This document shows positions 1-9,275 of a DNA stretch of 64,000 bases, one piece after another. Every line of letters begins with the position of its first letter. Position 1 is the first letter of the stretch. The position numbers and the translations under genes were made by a program. The stretch lies in sequence record OQ603353.1. One strand, given 5' to 3'. The notes beneath the pieces were generated by a model. The model searched no databases. It was given only the letters and a program-made list of their open reading frames with translations, and was not told the origin of the DNA.

Positions 1-111
1 TATTCTCCTCTATATCTCCCTCTCTAGTTACTGTATTTCTTATTCTTATGCTTATGCGAAGATCGAGACACTTCTATGTTCGTCGTATCGTTGGATGCGT
101 CAGATGGGTAA

Positions 112-669
<558 letters not shown>

Positions 670-834
670 CCTCGGCAGTCCCTGATTGGCCTAAAAACAC
701 AGGAAAATCCTTGCCTCAAAACGCCCAAAAGTCGGTAGGATTAGGGGTTTTGAGGCATCCTGGGACCATCAGATTTGGGAGGACGTGCTACCCCACGTCC
801 TCCCTTATTTTCGGTATTTTCGACGGAATCCAGT

Positions 835-2304
835 ATGGCAAAGAAGGCTGTCAAGCCTGCAAAGAAATCGGTAAAGAAGGGAGCGGCCAAGGCTGCCTCC
901 AAGAAGAAGGAAGCCCCAGCTAAACTCAAGGCTTCTGCACCTGCGGTAAAGGTTTGGCGTCCTAACTACGACGACGTTATCACGGTCGTGGAAAAGAAGT
1001 CCAAGCTGTCTAGCAACATGCAGAATCGTTTCGACTACGCCATGCACTCGGGACTGCTCTGTCAGGACATGCTGCTGGGTGGTGGCTACGTGTATGGTGC
1101 AATGGTAACGAACGTCGGTGGTGAACAGTCTGCCAAGTCCACCAACTGCTCTAACTTCCTCGCCACCTTGCTCGACCTGCCGGAAGAAGAACAGCCCGGT
1201 CTGATTGTGTCTGCCGACCCCGAGGGTTCGACCGATGCAGTCTACATGAGCAACATGATGAAGAATCGAATTCCGGTAGAGGAAATCTTTGGCCAGCGCG
1301 CCAAGGACGGGTCGTGGGCTGTACGTCCTCGCATCCGCTACTACCCGGAAGAGCGCGGTGAACTACTGCTCAATGCACTGGCGATGATCCTGCGTCGTCT
1401 GCCGGACATGGAGTTGATGGATCAGCAGTGGTACTACGTGTACGAGAACACCAAGGAGAACCGTAGGATCGTTGGTGATCGGTACAACAAGAGTTTCTTC
1501 TCCAAGCACAACAAGTTCTACGTACAGGCACCGAACAACGCACCGCAGTGCGTGATCGTGTTGGATAGCTGGGTTAGCTTGGTCCCTGAGAACATGGACG
1601 ATGATGATCCGGCAGCGGGCCTCGCAGCGGTTGCACGTCTGCTGGCCGCTAACCTGTCGAAGATCAAGGGTAAGCTGCGTCGTAAGAACGCGATCCTAAT
1701 GGGTGTGAACCAGCTTCGTGAGAAGCCGATGGCGCAGGGTGATCCTCGCTATGAACCCGGTGGTCAGGCGCTGCGCTTCCAGTCGGACATTCGTATCTGG
1801 CAAACGCCGCGTGCTCTTAGCACCCCGCAGATCGGCCTGAGTGGTGCGAGCGGTCCTGTGCATGAAGAGACTTCGATCACTGGCGAAGGTACTGACAAGT
1901 ATCGGTACATCCACATGGTTGCGAAGAAGAACAAGCTGGCCGTTCCGGGCCATGAGTGCTTCGCTCGCATTTGGGTGGCTGACGAAGACGGTATCGCGCA
2001 TGGCTTCTGTCCCGCGTTCGACGTGTGGTACTTCCTCAAGATGACGGGCCAGTTGTCCGGCAGCCAGAAGAAGTTCTCGGTCAAATTGAACAAGGGTCAA
2101 GAGTTCAAGGCCAACATGGTTGACCTCAAGAAGATGATCCTGCTCAAGGGCGCCGAGCGCAAGGAACACTTCCGTAAGATGAAGCTCAAGCCGTTCGACA
2201 TAAAGGCGTTCTGTCTCAAGCAGATCAAGTCGGGCAAGGCTAAGGAACTCATGTACCAGCATTCCAAGGCGGGTGCCGCTGAGGAACAGGAGGACGAGGA
2301 ATAA
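835..2304 (+). CDS. RecA/UvsX-like recombinase
   Basis: P-loop GGEQSAKST, Walker B VIVLDS, GVNQLREK and EPGGQALRFQSDIRI match RecA signature segments; start moved to ATG 835. Confidence 0.88.
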   Translation: MAKKAVKPAKKSVKKGAAKAASKKKEAPAKLKASAPAVKVWRPNYDDVITVVEKKSKLSSNMQNRFDYAMHSGLLCQDMLLGGGYVYGAMVTNVGGEQSAKSTNCSNFLATLLDLPEEEQPGLIVSADPEGSTDAVYMSNMMKNRIPVEEIFGQRAKDGSWAVRPRIRYYPEERGELLLNALAMILRRLPDMELMDQQWYYVYENTKENRRIVGDRYNKSFFSKHNKFYVQAPNNAPQCVIVLDSWVSLVPENMDDDDPAAGLAAVARLLAANLSKIKGKLRRKNAILMGVNQLREKPMAQGDPRYEPGGQALRFQSDIRIWQTPRALSTPQIGLSGASGPVHEETSITGEGTDKYRYIHMVAKKNKLAVPGHECFARIWVADEDGIAHGFCPAFDVWYFLKMTGQLSGSQKKFSVKLNKGQEFKANMVDLKKMILLKGAERKEHFRKMKLKPFDIKAFCLKQIKSGKAKELMYQHSKAGAAEEQEDEE

Positions 2305-2621
2305 TGATGCAACAGGCTATCGACAAACTGCGTGGAAGGTTCGGGCAGCCTGACGGTAGCCTGTCCATCACAGTGAGCACTAAGCACAAGTCCGAAGCAG
2401 AAGTGCTGACGCTGAACCTCACTGTCACGTACCTCTATTCACAGATCGGGAACACTATCGTGCTCGACCCCATCAACGCGACAAGCCTAAGCGCGTTCCT
2501 GCGCCGACAGCTTGAACCGAAGATCATCAAGGCATTCGCCAAGGTGAGTGAGTCTAAGGCACGATTGGTTCCCGGCTCTGACCTGAAACACCTAAACCGC
2601 ATTCAATTGATGGAGAAGTGA
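2304..2621 (+). CDS. hypothetical protein
   Basis: 105-aa ORF coupled to both neighbours. Confidence 0.7.
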   Translation: MMQQAIDKLRGRFGQPDGSLSITVSTKHKSEAEVLTLNLTVTYLYSQIGNTIVLDPINATSLSAFLRRQLEPKIIKAFAKVSESKARLVPGSDLKHLNRIQLMEK

Positions 2622-3082
2622 GCGTGTACCGTAGCACGAAAACATGGGGCCATGAACGAGGCTTTAGCTGTGCCTTCCGACAGTGGCGTGCTCACGACAG
2701 CCATTGCCGATTGGTTCACGGGTACGCCCTTGGCTTCAAGTTTGTCTTCGAGACAGACCAGCTGGACGAACGCAATTGGGTAGTGGACTTCGGGGGCCTT
2801 GACGACCTCAAGCAAATCCTCGCGGACAACTTCGACCACACAACCATCATCGCCGAAGACGACCCGGAACTGGAATGGTTCAGGGAAGCAGACCGCCGTG
2901 GTGTCCTGCGCCTTGTCGTATTCCCATACGCGGGTTGCGAGCGCTTCGCCGAAATGGTGTACGCTGTGACCGAACAGTGGCTAAAGGATGCAGGGTTCAG
3001 TCCTCGCTGCCGGTTGGTATCGGTAGAAGTAAGTGAGCACGGCGCAAACTCTGCGATCTATCATGGCAGTAGTCAAAGCTAA
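2618..3082 (+). CDS. queD: 6-carboxytetrahydropterin synthase (QueD/PTPS family)
   Basis: CAFRQWRAHDSHCRLVHGY, WVVDFGGL, FDHT, GCERFAE, VEVSEHGANSA. Confidence 0.93.
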   Translation: MSVYRSTKTWGHERGFSCAFRQWRAHDSHCRLVHGYALGFKFVFETDQLDERNWVVDFGGLDDLKQILADNFDHTTIIAEDDPELEWFREADRRGVLRLVVFPYAGCERFAEMVYAVTEQWLKDAGFSPRCRLVSVEVSEHGANSAIYHGSSQS

Positions 3083-3593
3083 CAGCCGGGTGACTGTGCG
3101 GGAGAAGCTGTACCGTGCAGCCATCGGGCACATGGTCAAAAGAGGGTGGGCCGTCCATCGGGAGTTTGGTCTAAATGGTAGGGCGCGGCGAGGTGGACAG
3201 GGCCACTACCGCGCGGACCTATTCTGCAACACCTTGAAAGGCAAGTACGCCGCAATCGAGATAAAGTCCAGCGTCAGCGATCTACGTGCTGACAAGAAGC
3301 TGCACAACTATTGCGGATACTGCCATCGTCTGTGGATCGTAACCACGGAAACGGTGTGGAAGAAAATGAAGGACAAGTATCCGTTTCCCGAAGGCTGTGG
3401 CGTATTGGTCCTGTCAATGAAGACAGGATTGCTGCGCTCAGTTAGGCGGACTAAAGAGTACGATCTAGGTGATGACGTATGGCGTTCCATTGCTATGCGC
3501 CTGTCCTATCGTACAGCGGAATTCAGCAGACGCAACACGGTTCGACGCCGAGTATATCTAACAGAAGCGGAAGAGAAGGCGTCGGGTACTTAG
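3063..3593 (+). CDS. MmcB-like PD-(D/E)XK nuclease-fold protein
   Basis: RADL...IEIKSSVSDLRADKKLHNYCGYCHRLWIV pattern. Confidence 0.72.
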   Translation: MAVVKANSRVTVREKLYRAAIGHMVKRGWAVHREFGLNGRARRGGQGHYRADLFCNTLKGKYAAIEIKSSVSDLRADKKLHNYCGYCHRLWIVTTETVWKKMKDKYPFPEGCGVLVLSMKTGLLRSVRRTKEYDLGDDVWRSIAMRLSYRTAEFSRRNTVRRRVYLTEAEEKASGT

Positions 3594-3611
3594 TGTATTG
3601 ACGAGAGTGTT

Positions 3612-4733
3612 ATGCACTCGCTATCGGAGAAACTCATGCAACACAAGAAGAATTCGTTTGAGGAATTGGCTGCGCTCAAGGGTCACTTGAAGCCGAATGC
3701 TGAGAACGTCATTGATTCATTTACCGGGCGCTACGCCTTCCTGTCTGAGTCCTACCCTGCGCCTATTGAGCATGCAGGTACAGTGTTCCCTTCGGTGCTG
3801 CACGCCTTCCAAGCGAGCAAGACCAACGATCGGGCACGTCACGCAATGATCCTCCTGATTGATGATCCCCATGAAGTCAAGAAGTTCTCGTGGGAAGAGA
3901 AGGTGGCATGGCAGTGGATTCGGAAGAAGCTGCGACTGCGACTGGAAATGCGTCGTCAGCAATTCCCCTATGGCAGCACTCTGGCCCAGCAGTTGATCGA
4001 CACAGGCGAAGCCAAGATTTATTTCCACAATCGTTTCCTTGATCGGTATTGGGGAGTCACCCGCCGCAAGAATGGCCCGTACAAGGGAGACAACCATGAC
4101 GGCTTCATTCTGATGCAGGTGCGCGACGAACTGAACTTCCGGTCCAAGCTGCATGACGCCTACTTCGAGTGCATGGCCAATCCCGAGAACGCCAACCTGA
4201 GTCAAGCGGCTCTGGCGCTGAACGCTTTCGGTGCGCTGGGTATTCCGTTCGCTCACATCTTCGACAACAAGACTGCCTTTGACAACTCGGACGTGGTCCC
4301 ACGTGCGCTGGTGTTGGATGATCGCGTAGAGTTCACTATCGGTACGTACTCGCGCCCTCCTGTCGTCCTGACCATGACGCAGCTGGTGTCGGGTGCCTTT
4401 AGTGAGCACCTGAAACGTGGCCTCGCAGATGGCACACTGAGCATCCAAGGCAACAACGGCCTTAGCGTAGTTCCTCCGCCGACCGAGAAGGAACGAGCAC
4501 TGCACGTCTCCGATACCATCATCAAGATGCTGACGGCAATGGGAGTCACCCGGTACAATGGTGAGCCTACTCAGTGCCACACGCTGGAAGAATTCAACAG
4601 CTGTACGCAACTGCCGTGTTGGTACATCGACCCGAGCGATCCGATGCACTTCCATGTTCGGTACATGCCTACGGACCCTCAGCGTGCTATGTGCACTGTC
4701 GTTCTGGAGCGTAAGGAAGGTAACGCAGAGTGA
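3612..4733 (+). CDS. NADAR (YbiA-like) domain protein with unknown C-terminal domain
   Basis: FLSESYPAPI...HAFQASK, RQQF, LIDTG, DRYWG, GFILMQVRDEL follow the NADAR pattern. Confidence 0.75.
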   Translation: MHSLSEKLMQHKKNSFEELAALKGHLKPNAENVIDSFTGRYAFLSESYPAPIEHAGTVFPSVLHAFQASKTNDRARHAMILLIDDPHEVKKFSWEEKVAWQWIRKKLRLRLEMRRQQFPYGSTLAQQLIDTGEAKIYFHNRFLDRYWGVTRRKNGPYKGDNHDGFILMQVRDELNFRSKLHDAYFECMANPENANLSQAALALNAFGALGIPFAHIFDNKTAFDNSDVVPRALVLDDRVEFTIGTYSRPPVVLTMTQLVSGAFSEHLKRGLADGTLSIQGNNGLSVVPPPTEKERALHVSDTIIKMLTAMGVTRYNGEPTQCHTLEEFNSCTQLPCWYIDPSDPMHFHVRYMPTDPQRAMCTVVLERKEGNAE

Positions 4734-5773
4734 GCTTCGCCGGAGTATTCATGGGGGATATTCACGCCGACAAACTCGCACACCTGTTCGGTGCTGAACG
4801 ATCCCTTGAATTGCAGTACAACGAGTGGTGCAAGAGTGCCGACTACGCACTTGAGCACGGCATCAAGAATTGGTATCAGATGGGCGACGTAGCGGATAAG
4901 CCACGTCTCTCGGAAGAGGCTCGCGTTTGGCTCCTGCGGTTCATGCACAAGTATGACGGACTGCTGGAGCAGGATTGGATTCTCGGTAACCACGACACCG
5001 AGTACGAGGGCTACCATTCCATGCAGCAGTTTGAGGAAATGGCTAAGATGGGCATGTTCAAGTCCATCCGATTCCATTGCGTCAAGAAGCAGGTAGTGGT
5101 CGGTGGTGTCCCCATCAACTTCCTTCCCTTCCCTGAGAAGAAGGCGATGCCTTATCGGAAGGGAGGTGAGACACTCAACCTTGCACACCTTGAACGACCG
5201 GGCGCTATTCGTGACAACGGCACGCGTATGGACCTCAATCATGGCACACCCGAAGAGGGTAGCGATCACTGGGTCATTGGCCACCTGCACACGCAGCAGA
5301 TGATGGGTAACAGCTGGTTCGTAGGCACGCCCTACCAAACTAACTTCGGTGAGTCACTGCCAAAGGGGTTCGGTGTGCTTAGGGCGAAGCGATTGACTTC
5401 GGGTAAACTCAAGATCGAGCGCGAGTTCATCGAGACGCAACCGGGCTTCACCCTGCACAACCTCAAGGTGGAAAAGGTCAGCGACTTGAAGAAGATCGCA
5501 GATGACCCGCTCAAGCTCTACAAGGTTGTGGTGAAGCGTGGAGTGGAGTTGCCTTACGACGTAGGCGCACGTCACCCGAACGTGGTCAACAACGTGGTGA
5601 CCTACAAGACGGACAAGCAAGCTGAAACCCTGCTGGCTGACACTGACACTGAAATCAAGTTCGGTATCACTGACAATCTGCATGGTGAATTGAAGACCCG
5701 AGGTCACAACAAGGCGCAGCGCAAGCGCGGCGAAGCCATCGTATCTGAAATCCTTCCCACTATCGGAGTGTAG
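4730..5773 (+). CDS. SbcD/Mre11-like metallophosphoesterase nuclease
   Basis: GDIH, GDVAD, GNHD, GHLH motifs; partner SbcC-like ATPase at 11195. Confidence 0.88.
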   Translation: MSFAGVFMGDIHADKLAHLFGAERSLELQYNEWCKSADYALEHGIKNWYQMGDVADKPRLSEEARVWLLRFMHKYDGLLEQDWILGNHDTEYEGYHSMQQFEEMAKMGMFKSIRFHCVKKQVVVGGVPINFLPFPEKKAMPYRKGGETLNLAHLERPGAIRDNGTRMDLNHGTPEEGSDHWVIGHLHTQQMMGNSWFVGTPYQTNFGESLPKGFGVLRAKRLTSGKLKIEREFIETQPGFTLHNLKVEKVSDLKKIADDPLKLYKVVVKRGVELPYDVGARHPNVVNNVVTYKTDKQAETLLADTDTEIKFGITDNLHGELKTRGHNKAQRKRGEAIVSEILPTIGV

Positions 5774-5775
5774 TC

Positions 5776-6036
5776 ATGAGCGTCAACAATGAACCTGTAA
5801 AGGTTCCTGAGAGCGTGCAGTCTGCACGATTCATCAAGAGCAAGGACGGGACTTTAGCCCGTGTGGTGATACTTCCTACCGCACCCAGCCACAGTGCAAT
5901 CACGTCTGACGAACGTATGATGTTGGATATGAGCGACCACATCGAGTATCTGGAACTAATGCTCACAGCCGCAGGCGTACCCTTCAACCCTTATGGGCTA
6001 CCACCTGCTCCCGTAAACAAGGAACAAGGAAATTGA
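5776..6036 (+). CDS. hypothetical protein
   Basis: ORF in operon order. Confidence 0.65.
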   Translation: MSVNNEPVKVPESVQSARFIKSKDGTLARVVILPTAPSHSAITSDERMMLDMSDHIEYLELMLTAAGVPFNPYGLPPAPVNKEQGN

Positions 6037-6037
6037 A

Positions 6038-6895
6038 ATGTCACTGAGTAATCACGCACGACGCGAACTGGAACTGGCGGGCCTACTGAACCCGGAGAGT
6101 GACTACGGCGGTATGCTTGGCGATGCCGTGCTCCAGCTGATCGACACCTTCTCTGCGCAAGGCCACAGCGGCGCAAGTGCAGAAGTTGTAATCGACCTGT
6201 TTAGCCGGGTCGCCCGCTACGAAATCCTGACGCCCATCGTTGAGGATAAACCGGAGGATTGGCATGACGTGTCAGAGCCCAGCGGATACCCGTGCTTCCA
6301 GCACCGTCGCCTGAGCCGACTGTTCAAGGACGGCGAGGGTGTGATGCGCCTGCATGGTGCAGTGGTCAGCATCGACCCCTCGGGCGAACGCTTCCACGGT
6401 CCTGCTATCGAGGTCAAGTTGCCGATCATGTCCGACGTCAAGGAACGTCACGTTGACTTTGATGGCAACGAGATTCCGCAGGTTGTGTGGGAGCGTCTGA
6501 ACTCTGAGCACCGCGAACTGCTGGACGTTGGCGTCGAAGAGATTGATGACCTCGACGCGCGCAACCTTGTGGTGGAGGAACTGATTCCGGTGCCGACCAC
6601 GCTGACCGGAAGCGACGCAGCACTCGAAGCGGTTCAGTACGCCCACGATCACGAAAAGATTCTCTACACTTCGGTTGACGGCCTCAAGACTCTGCTGCTC
6701 AACGAGAAATTCCTTGCTGATTGGCAGCCCGCAAAGCAGTACAGCCTCATGATCGGGCGCGGCTACTGCGGTACGTGGCATGGCACTCCTGTCGTGACCA
6801 CTGGCTACCTTGACCCGACCAAGTACAACCATCTGATCGGTATCGAAGGTCTGTACTTCACCACTGCTGTATCCACTGATAACGAGGAAAACTAA
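6038..6895 (+). CDS. conserved-looking phage hypothetical protein
   Basis: RBS AGGA upstream; N-terminal HARRELELAG...QGHSGASA segment recalls a recurring phage domain. Confidence 0.7.
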   Translation: MSLSNHARRELELAGLLNPESDYGGMLGDAVLQLIDTFSAQGHSGASAEVVIDLFSRVARYEILTPIVEDKPEDWHDVSEPSGYPCFQHRRLSRLFKDGEGVMRLHGAVVSIDPSGERFHGPAIEVKLPIMSDVKERHVDFDGNEIPQVVWERLNSEHRELLDVGVEEIDDLDARNLVVEELIPVPTTLTGSDAALEAVQYAHDHEKILYTSVDGLKTLLLNEKFLADWQPAKQYSLMIGRGYCGTWHGTPVVTTGYLDPTKYNHLIGIEGLYFTTAVSTDNEEN

Positions 6896-7473
6896 TGGCT
6901 ACTCCGCGCAAGAAGAAGTCGGCTGCACCGAAGGCAAAGAAGGTAGTGAAGCCTGCCAAGCCTGCCAAGACCTTGACCCCGACGGACAAGTTCATCAACG
7001 GCATCATCAACGGTGACACCCCGCTGACCCATGACCAGCTGGAACTGCTCCAGCGTGCAGTGCTGGTGGCAGATGGCGACGAACCTGCTGCGGCCGAAGT
7101 GGAAAGCAACGCGGTGTCTATCAGCGAGTCCCCGAGGGTGTGGAAGTCGTCGGATCCGGTGAAGCAGGCAGAGCGCAGCATCACCAACCTCCTGAGCGAT
7201 GATGCAGCTGATTGCTGTGAACTCTCGGTGTACAGTGTGGGCAGCCTGCTGACCTACGTGGAATCGGAGTTCAATCAACTGACTGGCGCTCTGAGTCATA
7301 CGGAGGACATGCTCTATCCTGTGCTCAACACTGACGTGCTGGGTATTCCGACTGAATTCGCTGAGACGCCGGATAACGTTGCGTCCAACAACCGCACCCT
7401 GATCCGACTGCTGAACAACATCCGCAAACTGCGCGGTGAAGTCTACAGTCTCACCCATCGTATCAGCCTGTAA
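6895..7473 (+). CDS. hypothetical protein, basic N-terminus
   Basis: TAATG overlap with previous gene. Confidence 0.7.
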   Translation: MATPRKKKSAAPKAKKVVKPAKPAKTLTPTDKFINGIINGDTPLTHDQLELLQRAVLVADGDEPAAAEVESNAVSISESPRVWKSSDPVKQAERSITNLLSDDAADCCELSVYSVGSLLTYVESEFNQLTGALSHTEDMLYPVLNTDVLGIPTEFAETPDNVASNNRTLIRLLNNIRKLRGEVYSLTHRISL

Positions 7474-7483
7474 GGAACGAACA

Positions 7484-7837
7484 ATGGCTAACCCACGCAT
7501 TCCCGGTAAGCTCTCCGGCAAACTCCCCGCTGACAGCAAGGTTGTCGTCACTGGCGTCAAGCGTATCGCTTCGGAAAGCACTGATCCTCTGCCGCCATCC
7601 TCGGTCCGCTCCTTGATCCAGTCGATTGACAGCGAACTGCGCAACCTGCACGACAACATCACCGAGGTCAACGACACGTTCTCCATCGTGCTGACTGACG
7701 AAGCTTCGGTCAAGGATGAAGCCAAGATCGCGGATGCTTCATCGTCCGATCTTGTCAACACCCTACTCTCCATGCGTGATCGAATCGTTGAGGCACGCTT
7801 CCGTCTTATCTCGCTGGTGGAGCGGTCCTCTCTGTGA
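7484..7837 (+). CDS. hypothetical protein
   Basis: AAGGA RBS then ATG (MANPRIP). Confidence 0.65.
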   Translation: MANPRIPGKLSGKLPADSKVVVTGVKRIASESTDPLPPSSVRSLIQSIDSELRNLHDNITEVNDTFSIVLTDEASVKDEAKIADASSSDLVNTLLSMRDRIVEARFRLISLVERSSL

Positions 7838-8700
7838 TTCACCTGTACGATGGCAGCTATTTCGCACATCGTAACTTCCACGGGATGCCCAAGCTGACCA
7901 ACAGCAAGGGCAAACCCGTTGGCATGCTGGTCGGTGCTGCGTCTGCGATTCACAAGCTGGCCGCAGACAAGAAGATGGGTCCAACCTTGTTCGCCTTTGA
8001 CATTGGCAAGTGCAAGTGGCGTGCAAAGCTGGTCCCTACGTACAAAGCAAATCGTGTGCACGACCCAGACATTGGGGTGCAGATGAAAGTGCTGATGGAC
8101 ATTGTTGCAGCCTATGGCATCAAGACGTGGGCGAAGGCTGGAGTGGAAGCGGACGACGTGATCGGTACAGTGACACGCATGGCCTTAGAGCAAGGCGCAC
8201 GCGTCCGCATCCATACTGGCGACAAGGATATGAACCAGCTTCTGAAAGGAACCAAGGTAGACATTATCCATCCAGTGTCGGGGAAGATCACTACTGAGGC
8301 AACACTCAAGAAGGAGTTTGGTTTCGGTGCTGCACGTTTTGTTGACTACCTAGCGTTGATGGGAGACAGCACTGACGGTTACCCCGGCCTTCCTGACTGT
8401 GGACCGAAGACGGCCAAGGCGTTGCTTTCTGCCGGTGGATCGGTTAAGGCCATGCTGGCTGACCCGAAGACCGCAGGCAAGCTTGCCAAGACTGTCAAGG
8501 CCAATCTGGAAACGCTGGAGGCTAACTACAAGGTGGCGCGCATCCGTCGCAAGATCGCGCTACCGTTCAGTGTGGACGACTTGACACCTACCAAGATCGA
8601 CACGGAAAAACTGCTGGAGATATTCGACAAATGGGAACTGAATGCAGCAGCCAAGAGGGTGAAGGAAATCAAGAACAGACCGAAGGGTCTGTTCGGGTAG
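7834..8700 (+). CDS. 5'-3' exonuclease / flap endonuclease (Pol I N-terminal-like)
   Basis: LYDGSY, EADDVIGT, TGDKDMNQL, ALMGDSTDGYPGLPDCGPKTA (H3TH). Confidence 0.93.
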   Translation: MIHLYDGSYFAHRNFHGMPKLTNSKGKPVGMLVGAASAIHKLAADKKMGPTLFAFDIGKCKWRAKLVPTYKANRVHDPDIGVQMKVLMDIVAAYGIKTWAKAGVEADDVIGTVTRMALEQGARVRIHTGDKDMNQLLKGTKVDIIHPVSGKITTEATLKKEFGFGAARFVDYLALMGDSTDGYPGLPDCGPKTAKALLSAGGSVKAMLADPKTAGKLAKTVKANLETLEANYKVARIRRKIALPFSVDDLTPTKIDTEKLLEIFDKWELNAAAKRVKEIKNRPKGLFG

Positions 8701-8869
8701 AGTGGGCAGAAGATCAGTCGAAACTGCCGGACTGGTTCATTGACCAAGCATTACCTCCCGGCACTATCGACAATCGCTGCGTGGAAGTGGATGGCAAATC
8801 GTATGCCATCGCTAACATCACTGACCCGCGTAGCCTACACGCCATCATCGCATACATGAGGAACTATCA

Positions 8870-9181
8870 ATGAGTGAACGTGCACCTGTAAAGCTGGATT
8901 ACGTGCGTGATATTCTGCCGTGCATCGGCGAGGTTCGGTACGACCGCATCCCCGGCACCACCATCACCGTCTGCACCATTGACGTGCTGCGTGATGGCAA
9001 GTCTGTTGGCTTCCCGGTGACTGGTCAGAGCGCATGCGTATGTGACGGCCAGTTCAACGCGCAGTTCGGGGAGGAGGCTGCGTTCAAGCAGGCCACCAAC
9101 AAGATTTGGGAGTTGGAAGGTTACCGACTGGCTCATCGGATCATTGAGCAGGGCGACCATCCTGCCACTTACGAAGGTTGA
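8870..9181 (+). CDS. Gp49-like small phage protein
   Basis: TITVCTI...GFPVTGQSACV...FNAQFGEEAAFKQATNKIWELEGYRL. Confidence 0.75.
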   Translation: MSERAPVKLDYVRDILPCIGEVRYDRIPGTTITVCTIDVLRDGKSVGFPVTGQSACVCDGQFNAQFGEEAAFKQATNKIWELEGYRLAHRIIEQGDHPATYEG

Positions 9182-9186
9182 AACCG

Positions 9187-9219
9187 AGGCTCCATTCCCT
9201 AGCGGGATGGGGCCTTTTT
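9187..9219 (+). terminator. Rho-independent terminator
   Basis: AGGCTCCATTCC / GGGATGGGGCCT stem followed by a T-tract. Confidence 0.8.
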
Positions 9220-9233
9220 CGTATTCGGAATCC

Positions 9234-9241
9234 TGTAAATA
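9234..9241 (+). promoter_or_regulatory. candidate phage promoter TGTAAATA
   Basis: AATCCTGTAAATA just after a terminator and upstream of the clamp-loader gene. Confidence 0.65.
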
Positions 9242-9275
9242 ATCAGTGGCAGATGCCTCCATTGGAGAACCCGAA

